In this document: positions 10,451-20,422 of the stretch, in pieces
Layout: every line of letters begins with the position of its first letter
How positions within the stretch are numbered: the stretch's first letter is position 1
Assembly: GCA_045106435.1 (NCBI GenBank)
Contig: JBGCEN010000317.1
Coordinates: 776 to 64,775 of the forward strand
DNA: 64,000 nt
Direction of reading: 5' to 3'
Source: Rhodothermales bacterium
GTDB taxonomy: Bacteria; Bacteroidota; Rhodothermia; Rhodothermales; JAHQVL01
Notes under the pieces: generated by a model
Told to the model about the DNA's origin: nothing
Databases searched by the model: none
What the model saw: only the letters and a program-made list of their open reading frames with translations
Made by a program: the position numbers and the translations under genes

Positions 10451-10822
10451 ATGGAGCAAATCATTTTACATCTGGTGGGTGACTTTGTAACGCAAACACA
10501 GTGGATGGCTGTAAACAAATCTCAAAGTAACTTTGCCGCCGGCATACACGCATTGGTTTACGCATTGCCCTTTTTGTTTATAGGAAGCCTGGGGGCAGTC
10601 AGTTTTATTTTTGCAACGCATTTCTTGGTTGATCGCTTTACCCTTGCCAGATACGTTTGCTTTGCAAAAAATTGGGTCACAACGCCTTCCTTGAGATGGG
10701 CTGATGTTTGGGAAACGGGATACCCTAAAGAAGTCCCTGTATGGTTGGCCACGAGTTTGGTTATTGTGGTTGACAACACAATCCATCTTTCGTGTAATTA
10801 TGCCGCCTTGCTCTTTCTCTAG
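10451..10822 (+). CDS. DUF3307-like small membrane protein
   Basis: N-terminal HLVGDFVTQTQWMA motif typical of DUF3307, plus three hydrophobic helices. Confidence 0.55.
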   Translation: MEQIILHLVGDFVTQTQWMAVNKSQSNFAAGIHALVYALPFLFIGSLGAVSFIFATHFLVDRFTLARYVCFAKNWVTTPSLRWADVWETGYPKEVPVWLATSLVIVVDNTIHLSCNYAALLFL

Positions 10823-10842
10823 GGTGTATGTACTTAGTCACA

Positions 10843-12390
10843 CTATTTAATATCCCATCTGCCAGGATCGCCTGCAGGCATGATTTCGGGTAAATCTCCA
10901 AAGTAATAGCGATTCTGATCCCAGGGTGAATGACCAAATGCACGTGGGTCTTTGGCTTTCTGGAGATAATCGTCGAGTATCGATGTCAAGCTATCTGCTA
11001 CTACTGCGTACTCCGGATCGTCTGCAACATTGTTGAGTTGTGCCCGGTCCTTGCTTAAATCGAATAGTTCAAACGCCGGCCGTTGTCCCGTAGCTAATTC
11101 GTGATAGATTGCAAATTCAGGATCCGAAGCGATTTCGATGATAAAGTCTTTGGCGGGGCCTGCATCTATGTCACCAAAAATACCCTGGTGAATGGATATG
11201 TAGTCGGGGTCGCCGGCCGGCCATCGGTCAGGCTCGTAATTGTGTACCAGCAGATATGAATCTGTGCGCAATGCACGCATAGGATATCCGAGGTAATTTG
11301 GCCTTGCAATCGTATGGCGTTCAATGGCCATCACGATGTGATCTCGCTGTTTGTCAATTCTGCCAGATTTGCTCGTGGTAAGTTGTGGTTTCAAGCTTTT
11401 GCCATGCATGGCGGCATTGGGCCTGATGCCGGCAAAATCCAGGATGGTTGGAGCCAGATCCATCAAGCCAACAAAGTCAGAAACACGTCGTCCGGAGCCG
11501 GCGATGTCTGGTCCCGATATGAACAGGGGAATATGCGTGGCATCATCATATAGCCCCGTTGCCTTTGCCCTGGGGAAGGCCATGCCATGATCTGATGTAA
11601 CAATGATAATGGTATTTTCCAACTCACCTCGCGCTTCCAACTGATCGATCATTCGGCCAAAATGTGCATCCGCAAATTCAACTTCTATATCGTAATCAAT
11701 AATATCATTTCTGATGATCTCGTGATCCGGCAAAGAAGGAGGGACATACGCATCACTTAATTTCTTCCCGTTTTTGATGCCTTGACCAGCTTCAAATTTT
11801 CGATGCGGCTCGAAGGAGCCATACCAGAAGAAAAAAGGCTGGTTTGCTGGTCGATCTTCCAGGAATGCCTGAAAGTTTGCAGCATAGTTTTCATTGGTCA
11901 TGCCCGGAGGCGCAGGATCAGAAAGGATATCTTTGTAGGGAATACCCACCGGGTTTATGCTTTCAGGCCAACCGCCGGCTTCAAGACTTCCCGGGCCCCA
12001 TGCTTTGCCTGTATGGCCTACAAAGTAGCCGGCTTGTTCTAACATCAATGGAAACACGGGCAACTCAACCGGTAATGCTCCAAACAGGGTGCCGCCCTCT
12101 TTTAGGTTCCAAAGAGGCTGTCCCGTAAGGACAATGCCACGTGCCGGCGTGCAAGAAGGCGCGTTTGTAAATGCGTTTGTAAAGACCACGCCTTCTTCAC
12201 CTACGCGTCTGAATGCGGGGACGTTTTGGCTATCGGTGAAAGGGGATAAGTCGTCTGCGATATAAAACAGAAAGTTATAGTGTGTTTTCTGTTTTATGAG
12301 TTGATTGCAGCTGACATTCGTGAAAAGCACGCAGCCGCTTATCAGTAGAACTGCTGTTCGGGATAAATATCTAGCAAAAAATTGCGACAT
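10843..12390 (-). CDS. Sulfatase (formylglycine-dependent; N-sulfoglucosamine/arylsulfatase-like), secreted
   Basis: Signal peptide, metal-binding FYIADDLSP, formylglycine motif SCTPARG, and TSDHG in the catalytic core. Confidence 0.9.
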   Translation of the reverse strand: MSQFFARYLSRTAVLLISGCVLFTNVSCNQLIKQKTHYNFLFYIADDLSPFTDSQNVPAFRRVGEEGVVFTNAFTNAPSCTPARGIVLTGQPLWNLKEGGTLFGALPVELPVFPLMLEQAGYFVGHTGKAWGPGSLEAGGWPESINPVGIPYKDILSDPAPPGMTNENYAANFQAFLEDRPANQPFFFWYGSFEPHRKFEAGQGIKNGKKLSDAYVPPSLPDHEIIRNDIIDYDIEVEFADAHFGRMIDQLEARGELENTIIIVTSDHGMAFPRAKATGLYDDATHIPLFISGPDIAGSGRRVSDFVGLMDLAPTILDFAGIRPNAAMHGKSLKPQLTTSKSGRIDKQRDHIVMAIERHTIARPNYLGYPMRALRTDSYLLVHNYEPDRWPAGDPDYISIHQGIFGDIDAGPAKDFIIEIASDPEFAIYHELATGQRPAFELFDLSKDRAQLNNVADDPEYAVVADSLTSILDDYLQKAKDPRAFGHSPWDQNRYYFGDLPEIMPAGDPGRWDIK

Positions 12391-12617
12391 AGCAGACAGT
12401 GTAAATTATAGGTAGCATTCGGCCTATTGCCTTGATTCGAATCAATACAAGAATTAACATAGGAGCCGTGTATCTAATTTAAACATACTGATTATTGACT
12501 GGAAGAAGCCAGGAGGGGAAGCAATCTCTCACATCTTCCTTACTTCTCCTCACTCTGTCATTTTATATCTGACGGTAGCAACTTGCCAGAGAACGAGACA
12601 ACCAAATAGAATGCTGT

Positions 12618-13769
12618 ATGGGGACAATACCAGCTTTTTTTGAAAAGTCTGAACAAGATTTACTGGCATTTGATGCCATCTGTAGTCAGCAAACAGAACT
12701 GTTTGCGTACAGCTTCGCTGACCGTGTTGAGAAGAACGTTGTTATTTATAACGGAAGCAGGATGCGAAGTGTGCTGACTGCCGGCGACCAGGAATATGCA
12801 CTGCGATCGGAAATTAACAAATGTCTGAGTACAGGGCCCGGTGTGTTGGTCATTAAAAAAGCGTATCCAGATCTGGATATTATCGATGCGGTTACGGATC
12901 TGTTCAAGGTAATTATCAGACAAGAAAAAGCAGCCGGCAAAAAAGGTGGAGATCATTTTGGTGCCAATGAGCGCATTTGGAATTCGCTGCAGAAGGTATG
13001 CGTGATGGATCCTGCGTTGTTTATCGGGTACTATGGAGATGCGCTTCTTGCATTTATGAGCCGTGCGTGGTTGGGGCCTCACTATCAGATAACTGCTCAG
13101 GTGAATAATGTTAAGCCGGGGAGTGCTTCACAATCGCCTCATCGAGATTACCATCTTGGATTTCAGGCGGAAGCGGTGGTTGCGCAGTTTCCTGCACAAA
13201 TACAAATGATGTCCCAGTACCTGACGTTACAAGGCGCCATTGCACACACCGATATGCCTTTGTTGTCTGGCCCTACATTGTTGCTGCCCTTTTCGCAGCA
13301 ATTTCCTTCTGGATACATGAGGTACCGGGATCCTGATTTTGTCGCCTATTTTGAGGAAAATCACGTCCAGTTACCGCTGGAAAAAGGAGACGCGATTTAT
13401 TTTAGCCCGGCCCTTTTTCACGGCGCCGGCGCCAATCAATCTGACGCAGATCGATTGGCCAATCTTGTGCAAATATCTTCTGCATTCGGGCGTCCGATGG
13501 AAACAGTGAACCGGGATGTAATGATTGATGCCGTTTATCCGGTACTGGTTGATCAGCGTGAAAGCATGGATGAATGTGCAGCAAGAGACGTGATTGCAGC
13601 AATTTCAGATGGATACTCGTTTCCGACCAATCTGGATACTGATCCGCCCACTGGAGGTAATGCTCCGGTCACTGCCCAGCAATTTGTTTATAATGCTTTG
13701 AGTAAGGGGTGGTCGATGGAGCAACTTAGAAGCACATTGGATCTCTATGCTAAACGTCGAGTTGCTTGA
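12618..13769 (+). CDS. Phytanoyl-CoA dioxygenase (PhyH) family Fe(II)/2-oxoglutarate oxygenase
   Basis: HxD facial-triad context (SPHRDYHLGF), a distal His (ALFHGAGAN), and length and overall pattern typical of PhyH-like proteins. Confidence 0.65.
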   Translation: MGTIPAFFEKSEQDLLAFDAICSQQTELFAYSFADRVEKNVVIYNGSRMRSVLTAGDQEYALRSEINKCLSTGPGVLVIKKAYPDLDIIDAVTDLFKVIIRQEKAAGKKGGDHFGANERIWNSLQKVCVMDPALFIGYYGDALLAFMSRAWLGPHYQITAQVNNVKPGSASQSPHRDYHLGFQAEAVVAQFPAQIQMMSQYLTLQGAIAHTDMPLLSGPTLLLPFSQQFPSGYMRYRDPDFVAYFEENHVQLPLEKGDAIYFSPALFHGAGANQSDADRLANLVQISSAFGRPMETVNRDVMIDAVYPVLVDQRESMDECAARDVIAAISDGYSFPTNLDTDPPTGGNAPVTAQQFVYNALSKGWSMEQLRSTLDLYAKRRVA

Positions 13770-13854
13770 AAACTTGTTCAAGTAAGTTGGCGCTTTCTTA
13801 AGGGCTGTGCAAACAATCAACTAAATACCAAATCAGAAGACTTCAGGACAATAG

Positions 13855-14415
13855 ATGACAGCGATAGTAGCAGTACGAAAGGGGAAAAAGGCCGTGATTG
13901 CGAGTGATAGTTTAACATCATTTGGCCGGCAACATGTATCAGAGCAAAATTACAGTTCAACAAAGATCAGGAAAATTGGCAATTCCTACGTTGCATTGTC
14001 CGGCTACTCTTTGTACAAAAATATTTTGGATGATTATCTAAAAGATCGTAGGGCGGTAAAGCTGAATACGAAGGAAGAAATATACAGGTTTGTCTTGAAA
14101 TTTTGGAAAGAGCTGAAGGACAATTACACCTTTGTGAATAACCAGAGCAATAGTAAGTATCACCCGTTTGCTGATTTGAATTCTTCGTTTTTGGTCTTGA
14201 ATAAGAACGGGATATTCACGGTCTCTGGAAATATGACCGTGACCAAATTTAAGCAATATTATTCGATCGGGTCAGGATCTGATTATTGCATGGGCGCAAT
14301 GCATTCGTTATATGATTCTGATATGTCGGCAAAGCAAATCGCACGTGCTGCTATTGGGGCCAGTATAACGTTCGACCCTTATTGCGGCGGCAAAATTCGC
14401 GTTAAACAGCTTTGA
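13855..14415 (+). CDS. HslV/proteasome-beta-like Ntn hydrolase (orphan; no HslU nearby)
   Basis: It aligns by eye with E. coli HslV. MTAIVAVRKGKKAVIASDS matches TTIVSVRRNGHVVIAGDG, giving Thr2 as the nucleophile. STKIRKI matches VKKVRRL (Lys33 equivalent). YSIGSGSDYCMGAMHSL matches IAIGSGGPYAQAAARAL. At 186 aa it is close to the 176 aa of HslV. Confidence 0.6.
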   Translation: MTAIVAVRKGKKAVIASDSLTSFGRQHVSEQNYSSTKIRKIGNSYVALSGYSLYKNILDDYLKDRRAVKLNTKEEIYRFVLKFWKELKDNYTFVNNQSNSKYHPFADLNSSFLVLNKNGIFTVSGNMTVTKFKQYYSIGSGSDYCMGAMHSLYDSDMSAKQIARAAIGASITFDPYCGGKIRVKQL

Positions 14416-14419
14416 AGGA

Positions 14420-15037
14420 ATGCATAGCGTTGCTTTTGAACATAACCAGATTACTTATGGCAGTTTGTTTCTGCTGTTGATGCTCTATGCATTTGCACCG
14501 CCGGCCATCAGCGCCCAGGGAGCTTCTCTTCAAAAAACAACCCGACTGGTTGCCGAAACGCACGCATCAACTGCAGATGAACTGATATCTACCATCAATG
14601 CTTACCGCGTGGCAAATGGACTGCCGGCTATTGCACCTTCGAGAACGCTCAATCTCGTTGCAAAACTCCATGTAGATGATTTGCAGGTTAATAACCCGGA
14701 CAAAGGCATATGTAATATGCATAGCTGGTCCAATGCTGGAGACTGGTCTGCCTGTTGTTACAAAGACATAAATCCCAAAACCGCCTGTATGTGGAATAAA
14801 CCGCGCGAGATTTCGGGATCTAAGTACAGCGCAAATGGCTACGAAGTATCGGCGTGGTTAAGTGAGCAAATGAATGCAGAGTCAGCTCTTGCATTGTGGA
14901 AAAAGAGCTCCGGACACCATGAGGTAATCATGAATAGAGGATCATGGAGTGCTGTGCGTTGGCGTGCAATCGGGGCCGCAATGTCAGAGAATTATGCTGT
15001 GGTTTGGTTTGGTACATCACGCGATGCACCGCGTTGA
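14420..15037 (+). CDS. Secreted CAP/SCP (PR-1-like, YkwD-type) domain protein
   Basis: Signal peptide (LFLLLMLYAFAPPAISAQG). CAP motifs INAYRVANGLPAI, LHVDDL and SGHHEVIMN...YAVVWFG. Its start lies 4 nt after the stop of the upstream gene. Confidence 0.7.
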   Translation: MHSVAFEHNQITYGSLFLLLMLYAFAPPAISAQGASLQKTTRLVAETHASTADELISTINAYRVANGLPAIAPSRTLNLVAKLHVDDLQVNNPDKGICNMHSWSNAGDWSACCYKDINPKTACMWNKPREISGSKYSANGYEVSAWLSEQMNAESALALWKKSSGHHEVIMNRGSWSAVRWRAIGAAMSENYAVVWFGTSRDAPR

Positions 15038-15120
15038 CGCATGAGCCTTTTTTGAAAAAAATTGTTTGGATGATTTGCTATATCCTGGGAAAGGACAGAT
15101 CTTCGCCTTGAGCAAATGTT

Positions 15121-15158
15121 AGTTTTCACTCGTAATCAGTTTTCACTCGTAATCAGTT
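15121..15158. repeat. Perfect tandem duplication of the 17-mer AGTTTTCACTCGTAATC (2.2 copies)
   Basis: Read directly: 15121-15137 equals 15138-15154, followed by a partial AGTT. It lies 9 nt upstream of the ATG at 15167. Confidence 0.95.
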
Positions 15159-15166
15159 CTCCAGTC

Positions 15167-15859
15167 ATGATACAGAAGACCATCTATTCTATTTTTGTGC
15201 TCTTGTTATTTACATCAGTACCAGCTTTGGGGCAATTGCAGTTAACAGAGCATCCGAATGCAATGCTGGATGGCTGGGTAGATTTGTTCAGCCCTGACTT
15301 GTCTAATGCGATTTATCCAGAGGGCATATGGACTGTTGAGGGGGACGTGTTAACCGCTTCAGAGGACGAAACGATTTGGAGTTCAATGGTTTATGACGAT
15401 TTTGTACTGGATCTTGAATTCAAAACTGCAGATGGAACGAACAGTGGCGTAATCATACATGGGACCGATATGATCAACTGGATTCCGAACTCAGTTGAGA
15501 TCCAGATAGCAGATGACCACAATAAGAAATGGGCAGACTCACCGAAAAATTGGCAGTGTGCTGCAGTCTTTGGCCGCAAGGCCGCGAGCAAAAGTGTTGT
15601 CAAGAAACCTGGTGAATGGAATAAAATGTCCATTAAAGCTGTTGGTCAGCATATTTCGGTTGTGCTGAATGGTGAGCCGGTAATCAATATCAGTATGGCA
15701 GACTATACCTCGGTCAAGGACAATCCGGATGGCTCAGAAGTACCCGACTGGCTGTCTAAACCCATGGCAAGTTTGCCTACCTATGGCCATATCGGTTTAC
15801 AGGGAAAGCATGGAGACGCAACGATATGGTTTAGAAATGTACGGGTAAAAGTTCTATAA
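15167..15859 (+). CDS. DUF1080 (3-keto-disaccharide hydrolase-like, LamG fold) secreted protein
   Basis: ORF 15116..15859. The ATG at 15167 gives the signal peptide MIQKTIYSIFVLLLFTSVPALG. The C-terminal signature GHIGLQGKHGDATIWFRNVRVKVL is typical of DUF1080. Confidence 0.8.
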   Translation: MIQKTIYSIFVLLLFTSVPALGQLQLTEHPNAMLDGWVDLFSPDLSNAIYPEGIWTVEGDVLTASEDETIWSSMVYDDFVLDLEFKTADGTNSGVIIHGTDMINWIPNSVEIQIADDHNKKWADSPKNWQCAAVFGRKAASKSVVKKPGEWNKMSIKAVGQHISVVLNGEPVINISMADYTSVKDNPDGSEVPDWLSKPMASLPTYGHIGLQGKHGDATIWFRNVRVKVL

Positions 15860-15880
15860 GAGATCGAAAGCTGTTAGCCC

Positions 15881-16627
15881 ATGATTTTAGGGAAACTTCC
15901 ATATTTGAAGGGACTATTCCGAAGAAGCGCTGCAAAAAAGGAAGTCATCGCTGAATTGAGGCAAAACCCGTTTGGTGGTTACGGCCTGTATCATATTATG
16001 AATGATGCCGGCCTTTTGTCTGTTAATGCTAAAGCTGAGTTGGCTCCGCTGATTGCGCATGTTGAAAAGCGGATGGATTTGTCAGAAGAAGATCTTGTAG
16101 TCAATCTGCCGCTGAAATTCGAACCGTTAACAGATGAAGAGCATGATACCCTCACGTATGTAATTGCCAAAGCTTTGCGTGAGTTTATCAATACCATTCG
16201 TACACACCAGGGCCGGTTCAGATTAGCGGCCATCACAGGCATCATAGACATGCTTGAAAGGCACACAGAGCATACAGCCTCCATTCATTTCGAAATTACA
16301 CTTGAAGAATTACTCGGCCCGATTCTGAACCATTGTGGAGAACAAGGACCGCTGTCTGATGAATATGCTCATATGGGGCGTGGATTCTATATACAGCTTG
16401 GGAATCTCGAGCGTTCGGGGAAGTTCTTCCCATCAAGCTATGTCGACGAACGTGCCTTGCAGCCAGGAGAAGTTGTTTGTGTGACTAAAAAACTACAAAA
16501 CAACTATTTCAGGGTTATGCGGTTTAATTATGCTTGTAATTACACGCAACGTTGGTACTTGAATAAGTCTCGGACTGTATTGTCGACGGACAATGCAGTG
16601 GCCGTTGTAAACCGAAAAGAAGGATAA
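15881..16627 (+). CDS. Hypothetical cytoplasmic protein, unknown family
   Basis: 248-aa ORF in the same-strand gene string. It has no signal peptide and no motif I recognise. Confidence 0.45.
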   Translation: MILGKLPYLKGLFRRSAAKKEVIAELRQNPFGGYGLYHIMNDAGLLSVNAKAELAPLIAHVEKRMDLSEEDLVVNLPLKFEPLTDEEHDTLTYVIAKALREFINTIRTHQGRFRLAAITGIIDMLERHTEHTASIHFEITLEELLGPILNHCGEQGPLSDEYAHMGRGFYIQLGNLERSGKFFPSSYVDERALQPGEVVCVTKKLQNNYFRVMRFNYACNYTQRWYLNKSRTVLSTDNAVAVVNRKEG

Positions 16628-16712
16628 TTTTATGTGCTACCTACGCCTTATCGAGAACCAATAGGACATCTTATTGATTTATACCTTTATCATATGAAGG
16701 ATAAATCGTACG

Positions 16713-17516
16713 ATGCATCTCAATACAAACCGCTCAGGAATTATAAAAAATCTGAAGAATAAAACACCTTTGTTGGCATTTCGCTTCCACGTGGTTGTCG
16801 TACTCAGTACGCTCATCGTCGTAAGTTTAATTGCTGGTTGTGGAAAAAAGCCCGTAGTGCCTCTGAATAAACGGACGCAATCTGTTGTATTGCTCCATGG
16901 ACTTTTTCGGTCGGCGAACTCAATGGATGCGATGGAGCACGCTTTGATTGAAGCAGGATATGAAACCTGCAACGTTAATTATCCTTCTACTGATTTCGAT
17001 ATTGCAACGCTTGCAAAAGAATACGTACTACCTGAAATTCAGCAGTGTGCCATTGCTTCTGACTCCGTACATGTTGTTACCCATTCAATGGGAGGAATTA
17101 TACTGCGATATTTGCATAGCAAAGGAGATCTAGACAATGTAGGCCGTGTGGTGATGCTTGGGCCGCCAAACCAAGGCAGTGAACTTGTCGATGAGTTAGG
17201 AGGCCTGGATTTGTTTACATGGCTCAACGGGCCAGCCGGCAATGAACTGGCTACTTCAGATACCAGCTTGGTGCAACAGCTACCTGACGTTTCGTTTGGG
17301 TTAGGTATCATCGCCGGCGACTATTCTTTTAATCCGTTTTATTCAAGCCTGATACCTGGTGACGACGATGGTAAAGTATCTGTAGACCGAGCAAAGATTG
17401 CCGGGATGAATGATTTCATCGTGATGCCTGTTTCCCATTCATTCATGATGAAAGACGAAGATGTAATCCGCCAGACCTTGTATTTCCTGGCAAAAGGGCA
17501 GTTTGACGTCAATTAA
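16713..17516 (+). CDS. Alpha/beta-hydrolase lipoprotein (lipase/esterase, PGAP1/LipA-like)
   Basis: Lipobox (LIAGCG), oxyanion-region HGLF, nucleophile elbow THSMGG, and a distal D...H (VSHSF). Confidence 0.75.
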   Translation: MHLNTNRSGIIKNLKNKTPLLAFRFHVVVVLSTLIVVSLIAGCGKKPVVPLNKRTQSVVLLHGLFRSANSMDAMEHALIEAGYETCNVNYPSTDFDIATLAKEYVLPEIQQCAIASDSVHVVTHSMGGIILRYLHSKGDLDNVGRVVMLGPPNQGSELVDELGGLDLFTWLNGPAGNELATSDTSLVQQLPDVSFGLGIIAGDYSFNPFYSSLIPGDDDGKVSVDRAKIAGMNDFIVMPVSHSFMMKDEDVIRQTLYFLAKGQFDVN

Positions 17517-17645
17517 ATAGCTTTTCAAGTTCAACGCCCGTTTTACCCACTACGCTGATTGGAATTTTGATATGTTAGCATTGCTCCGTCAATCATGATG
17601 CGCGAATGCTGTGCATGTTGAAATCTATGGTCGCCGAAAAAAGAG

Positions 17646-18179
17646 GTGCATATGAGAGACTTGATATATTACGTTGCTGTTTCGATTGATGGATATATCG
17701 CTGAAGCAGATGGAACGTTTGGACGGTTTGTATGGGATGACGACGTCGTTGCCGATTTTTTTGCTTCGTACGAGTGGTTTGATACGGTGGTCATGGGAAG
17801 AAAAACCTACGATGTTGCCTTGCTGCAAGGGATCACCGATCCGTATCCCAACTTAAAGGGTTATGTCTTTTCCAAGACACTAAAAACAGATCCGGATCCT
17901 AACATGGCGCTCGTGCAGGGAGATGTCGTTGAGCATGTGACTGCATTGAAAAAAGAAGCCGGCAAGCCTATCTGGTTGTGCGGCGGAGGGGACCTGGCAG
18001 GCCAGCTACTGGAAGCAAAGCTAATCGACCAATTGATCATAAAGCTCAACCCCGTAATTCTTGGTGGTGGGATTCCCATCTTTTCCAATATCACAACATT
18101 TGCCCGTTTAAACCCGACCGAAATCAAAGAATACGATTGCGGGATTTCATTGCGGCATTATACGGTGAGTTATGAGTGA
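17646..18179 (+). CDS. Dihydrofolate reductase-family protein (RibD C-terminal domain type)
   Basis: MRDLIYYVAVSIDGYIA... and IWLCGGGDLAGQLL...DQLIIKLNPVILGGGIPIF are typical of the RibD_C/DHFR-like family. Confidence 0.8.
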   Translation: MHMRDLIYYVAVSIDGYIAEADGTFGRFVWDDDVVADFFASYEWFDTVVMGRKTYDVALLQGITDPYPNLKGYVFSKTLKTDPDPNMALVQGDVVEHVTALKKEAGKPIWLCGGGDLAGQLLEAKLIDQLIIKLNPVILGGGIPIFSNITTFARLNPTEIKEYDCGISLRHYTVSYE

Positions 18180-18225
18180 GCAGTTCTGATAGGCAAATTC
18201 TCGCTAAAGGAAATACTGAAGTGCT

Positions 18226-19158
18226 TCATTTACAAGGAATGGGTAGTTGGTTCGTAGACAGCCAGTAAAGATTCGAATCCGCTGTGGCAGCATTTTTATT
18301 CTTTCTGTCACTGGAGAAAATCATAATACTGCCATCAGCTGTTAGCTTGCCACCACTCTCCATGGCCGGCGTGTTCACGAGGGGCAGGAGCTTTGCTTCT
18401 GTCCAGGTATTTTTTTCTGTTTTACACGCATAGAATAGATCACGCTCTCTTTTATCCTGTTGCTGCCCTTCCAGGATAGCCGTTTTGCTGTCAGGAGAAA
18501 GGTATAGATAGGAGACAAATGTTTGTGCGGAAGGGTCAGGGAGACTTCTGTCCTGCGAGATTTCATCGTATGTGTCGGGCTGGGCAGTGTATCGTGCACC
18601 TCCCCGGAATGGTGTTCGGAAGCTGTAGAAGTAAAGCGCGCCCGTTCCATCAATGGCTGGACCAAACTCATCTGCCATATCGCCTGTTAAAGGGGGCGGA
18701 TTGTCTGATGCAGCGCGTAGTAATTCGGGCTCAGACCAGCCATCTTCTTGTCTATGTGTTCGCCAGAGGTTGATGGTCTGTTCACCTAGATCGGTGGTAG
18801 GCCTTTTTGAATCGAAAAACAGTTGATCACCTGTTGGTGTGAGATACGGTGCGTCGTCACGATGTTGCCCGGAAAAAGGAGTGATTTCTGGCGATGTCCA
18901 CCCATTCTCTGCAAACCGGGAATGGTAAATGGTGTAGTCAAATACCCCGGGTGTTCTTCTCATGAAATATAGCTCATTCCGGGTTATATCAAGCGCTGGA
19001 CTATACTCTCCCATTAAAGTTGACACAAGTCCGGGAGCCAGTAAGGAGGGGAGTGCCGGTGGATTGATCTTCGGAAGGCTCTGTTGTGCAAAGATTCCTT
19101 GAGGGAGGAAAAATGATAGCACTACCACAAGTAAAAAAATGCGCATTGTTGATCCCAT
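18226..19158 (-). CDS. Secreted TolB-like beta-propeller (PD40/WD40-like repeat) protein
   Basis: ORF 18226..19194 (TTG start). The ATG at 19158 or 19146 gives the signal peptide MRIFLLVVVLSFFLPQGIFA. It has repeated PD40-like segments (LFFDSKRP, LYFYSFRTP, IMIFSSDRKN). Confidence 0.55.
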   Translation of the reverse strand: MGSTMRIFLLVVVLSFFLPQGIFAQQSLPKINPPALPSLLAPGLVSTLMGEYSPALDITRNELYFMRRTPGVFDYTIYHSRFAENGWTSPEITPFSGQHRDDAPYLTPTGDQLFFDSKRPTTDLGEQTINLWRTHRQEDGWSEPELLRAASDNPPPLTGDMADEFGPAIDGTGALYFYSFRTPFRGGARYTAQPDTYDEISQDRSLPDPSAQTFVSYLYLSPDSKTAILEGQQQDKRERDLFYACKTEKNTWTEAKLLPLVNTPAMESGGKLTADGSIMIFSSDRKNKNAATADSNLYWLSTNQLPIPCK

Positions 19159-19433
19159 GCTGACGTTGAAAAAGCAATTATTTTGGCTGTACAAAATATA
19201 ATTTCAACTCAAACACACCATGTTTTATCGACCAGCGGCTATTATGTGTAGTTAAGCGGATAAGATGTACGCTACGACTTTTTTATATATGCGAGTCAGG
19301 GGTTGAATCTGTTTTATTTCGATTCAACCTCCGCCTTCTACAACGTCAACCTCAACTTGATTGGGGATCCATCTCTCTTCCCATCTTCCTGTCAATCCGT
19401 ACCCTCCAATACTTGTCTGTCCGCCTAAGCTGC

Positions 19434-20372
19434 TCACCCACCGCCGTTTAGCACACCAGCTAATTCACTGCTCAAATCCCATTCGTGTTGATACAGGCCA
19501 ATGGAGCCGAAGAAGCCAAATCCATTTTCTACATTAGAGAGGCCTTCTGGCAGGGCTTGTAATTCCGGATCTATTTCGCCCTCTGGAAAGACCCATTGAT
19601 CATCCATGATTTGGGCGCGTATGCCCAGTCCACAGAAAAAGAGATTGGACGTTTGAAAACGCTCTGCCAATGTCTCTTTGTCTTTCGTTAGATTCAGCTG
19701 GAAAGACCAGCCTTCATCCGTTGCTGAACCTACTCTGCCATACGGCACGAGGTTGGGCGATGAGCTAAAACAACCTGGTCCGCCTGTGAAATAGATCATG
19801 TCAATTTCCCAGAGTGCATTTACGCCAGTAAGCAGCAGGTCTTGTACGGCATCTAGATCGGCTGTTTGTTGTATGCTTCCTTGCTCCATTCTAATGCTGG
19901 AAACAGCCGGCACTTTCGTTTCCGCTATGGTCATTATACCATCAGAACGAAGGATCTCGAGCCGGTAGCCTCGGTTAGGTGCTACAAAAAGCGGAAAGCG
20001 AAATACATGGCCCCATTTCCCGGGCTCAAATTCTTGTAGTGTATGGGGGAGTTCTTGTGTTTGCTCTGTTAGCAGGTCGGTTAAAAATGCCCGCCCGTCA
20101 AGGTCTGCCTGGGGATCGTTGGGGGCTGTAATATTCTCCGGTCTTCTGGTTACAGGAATCACGCGGATCGTCTGCGTGTTGTTCTGGAAGTTCTTTGATT
20201 GATCCAGGTAACCGTAAATGGTATAGTATTTCCCGTCGTTGTTGAAGGGGTCGATGGTTGCCGTGTCACATCCTGAAAGAAGAGCGCACACAAGAAAATA
20301 GCCGGCGAACAAGGTATAGGCCCTCATGGATTTCCTGATGGGCACTTGTCGCATATACATACTGGTTTTCAT
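19434..20372 (-). CDS. DUF4249-like lipoprotein, partner of the upstream TonB-dependent receptor
   Basis: Lipobox (LLSGCD), C-terminal NGFGFFGS motif, and a position directly downstream of a CarboxypepD_reg TonB receptor, as is usual for DUF4249. Confidence 0.6.
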   Translation of the reverse strand: MKTSMYMRQVPIRKSMRAYTLFAGYFLVCALLSGCDTATIDPFNNDGKYYTIYGYLDQSKNFQNNTQTIRVIPVTRRPENITAPNDPQADLDGRAFLTDLLTEQTQELPHTLQEFEPGKWGHVFRFPLFVAPNRGYRLEILRSDGIMTIAETKVPAVSSIRMEQGSIQQTADLDAVQDLLLTGVNALWEIDMIYFTGGPGCFSSSPNLVPYGRVGSATDEGWSFQLNLTKDKETLAERFQTSNLFFCGLGIRAQIMDDQWVFPEGEIDPELQALPEGLSNVENGFGFFGSIGLYQHEWDLSSELAGVLNGGG

Positions 20373-20422
20373 GGCAGGATCATCTGAGGGAATACCGATA
20401 CTTCTCTCGGCTTCTGATCAAT

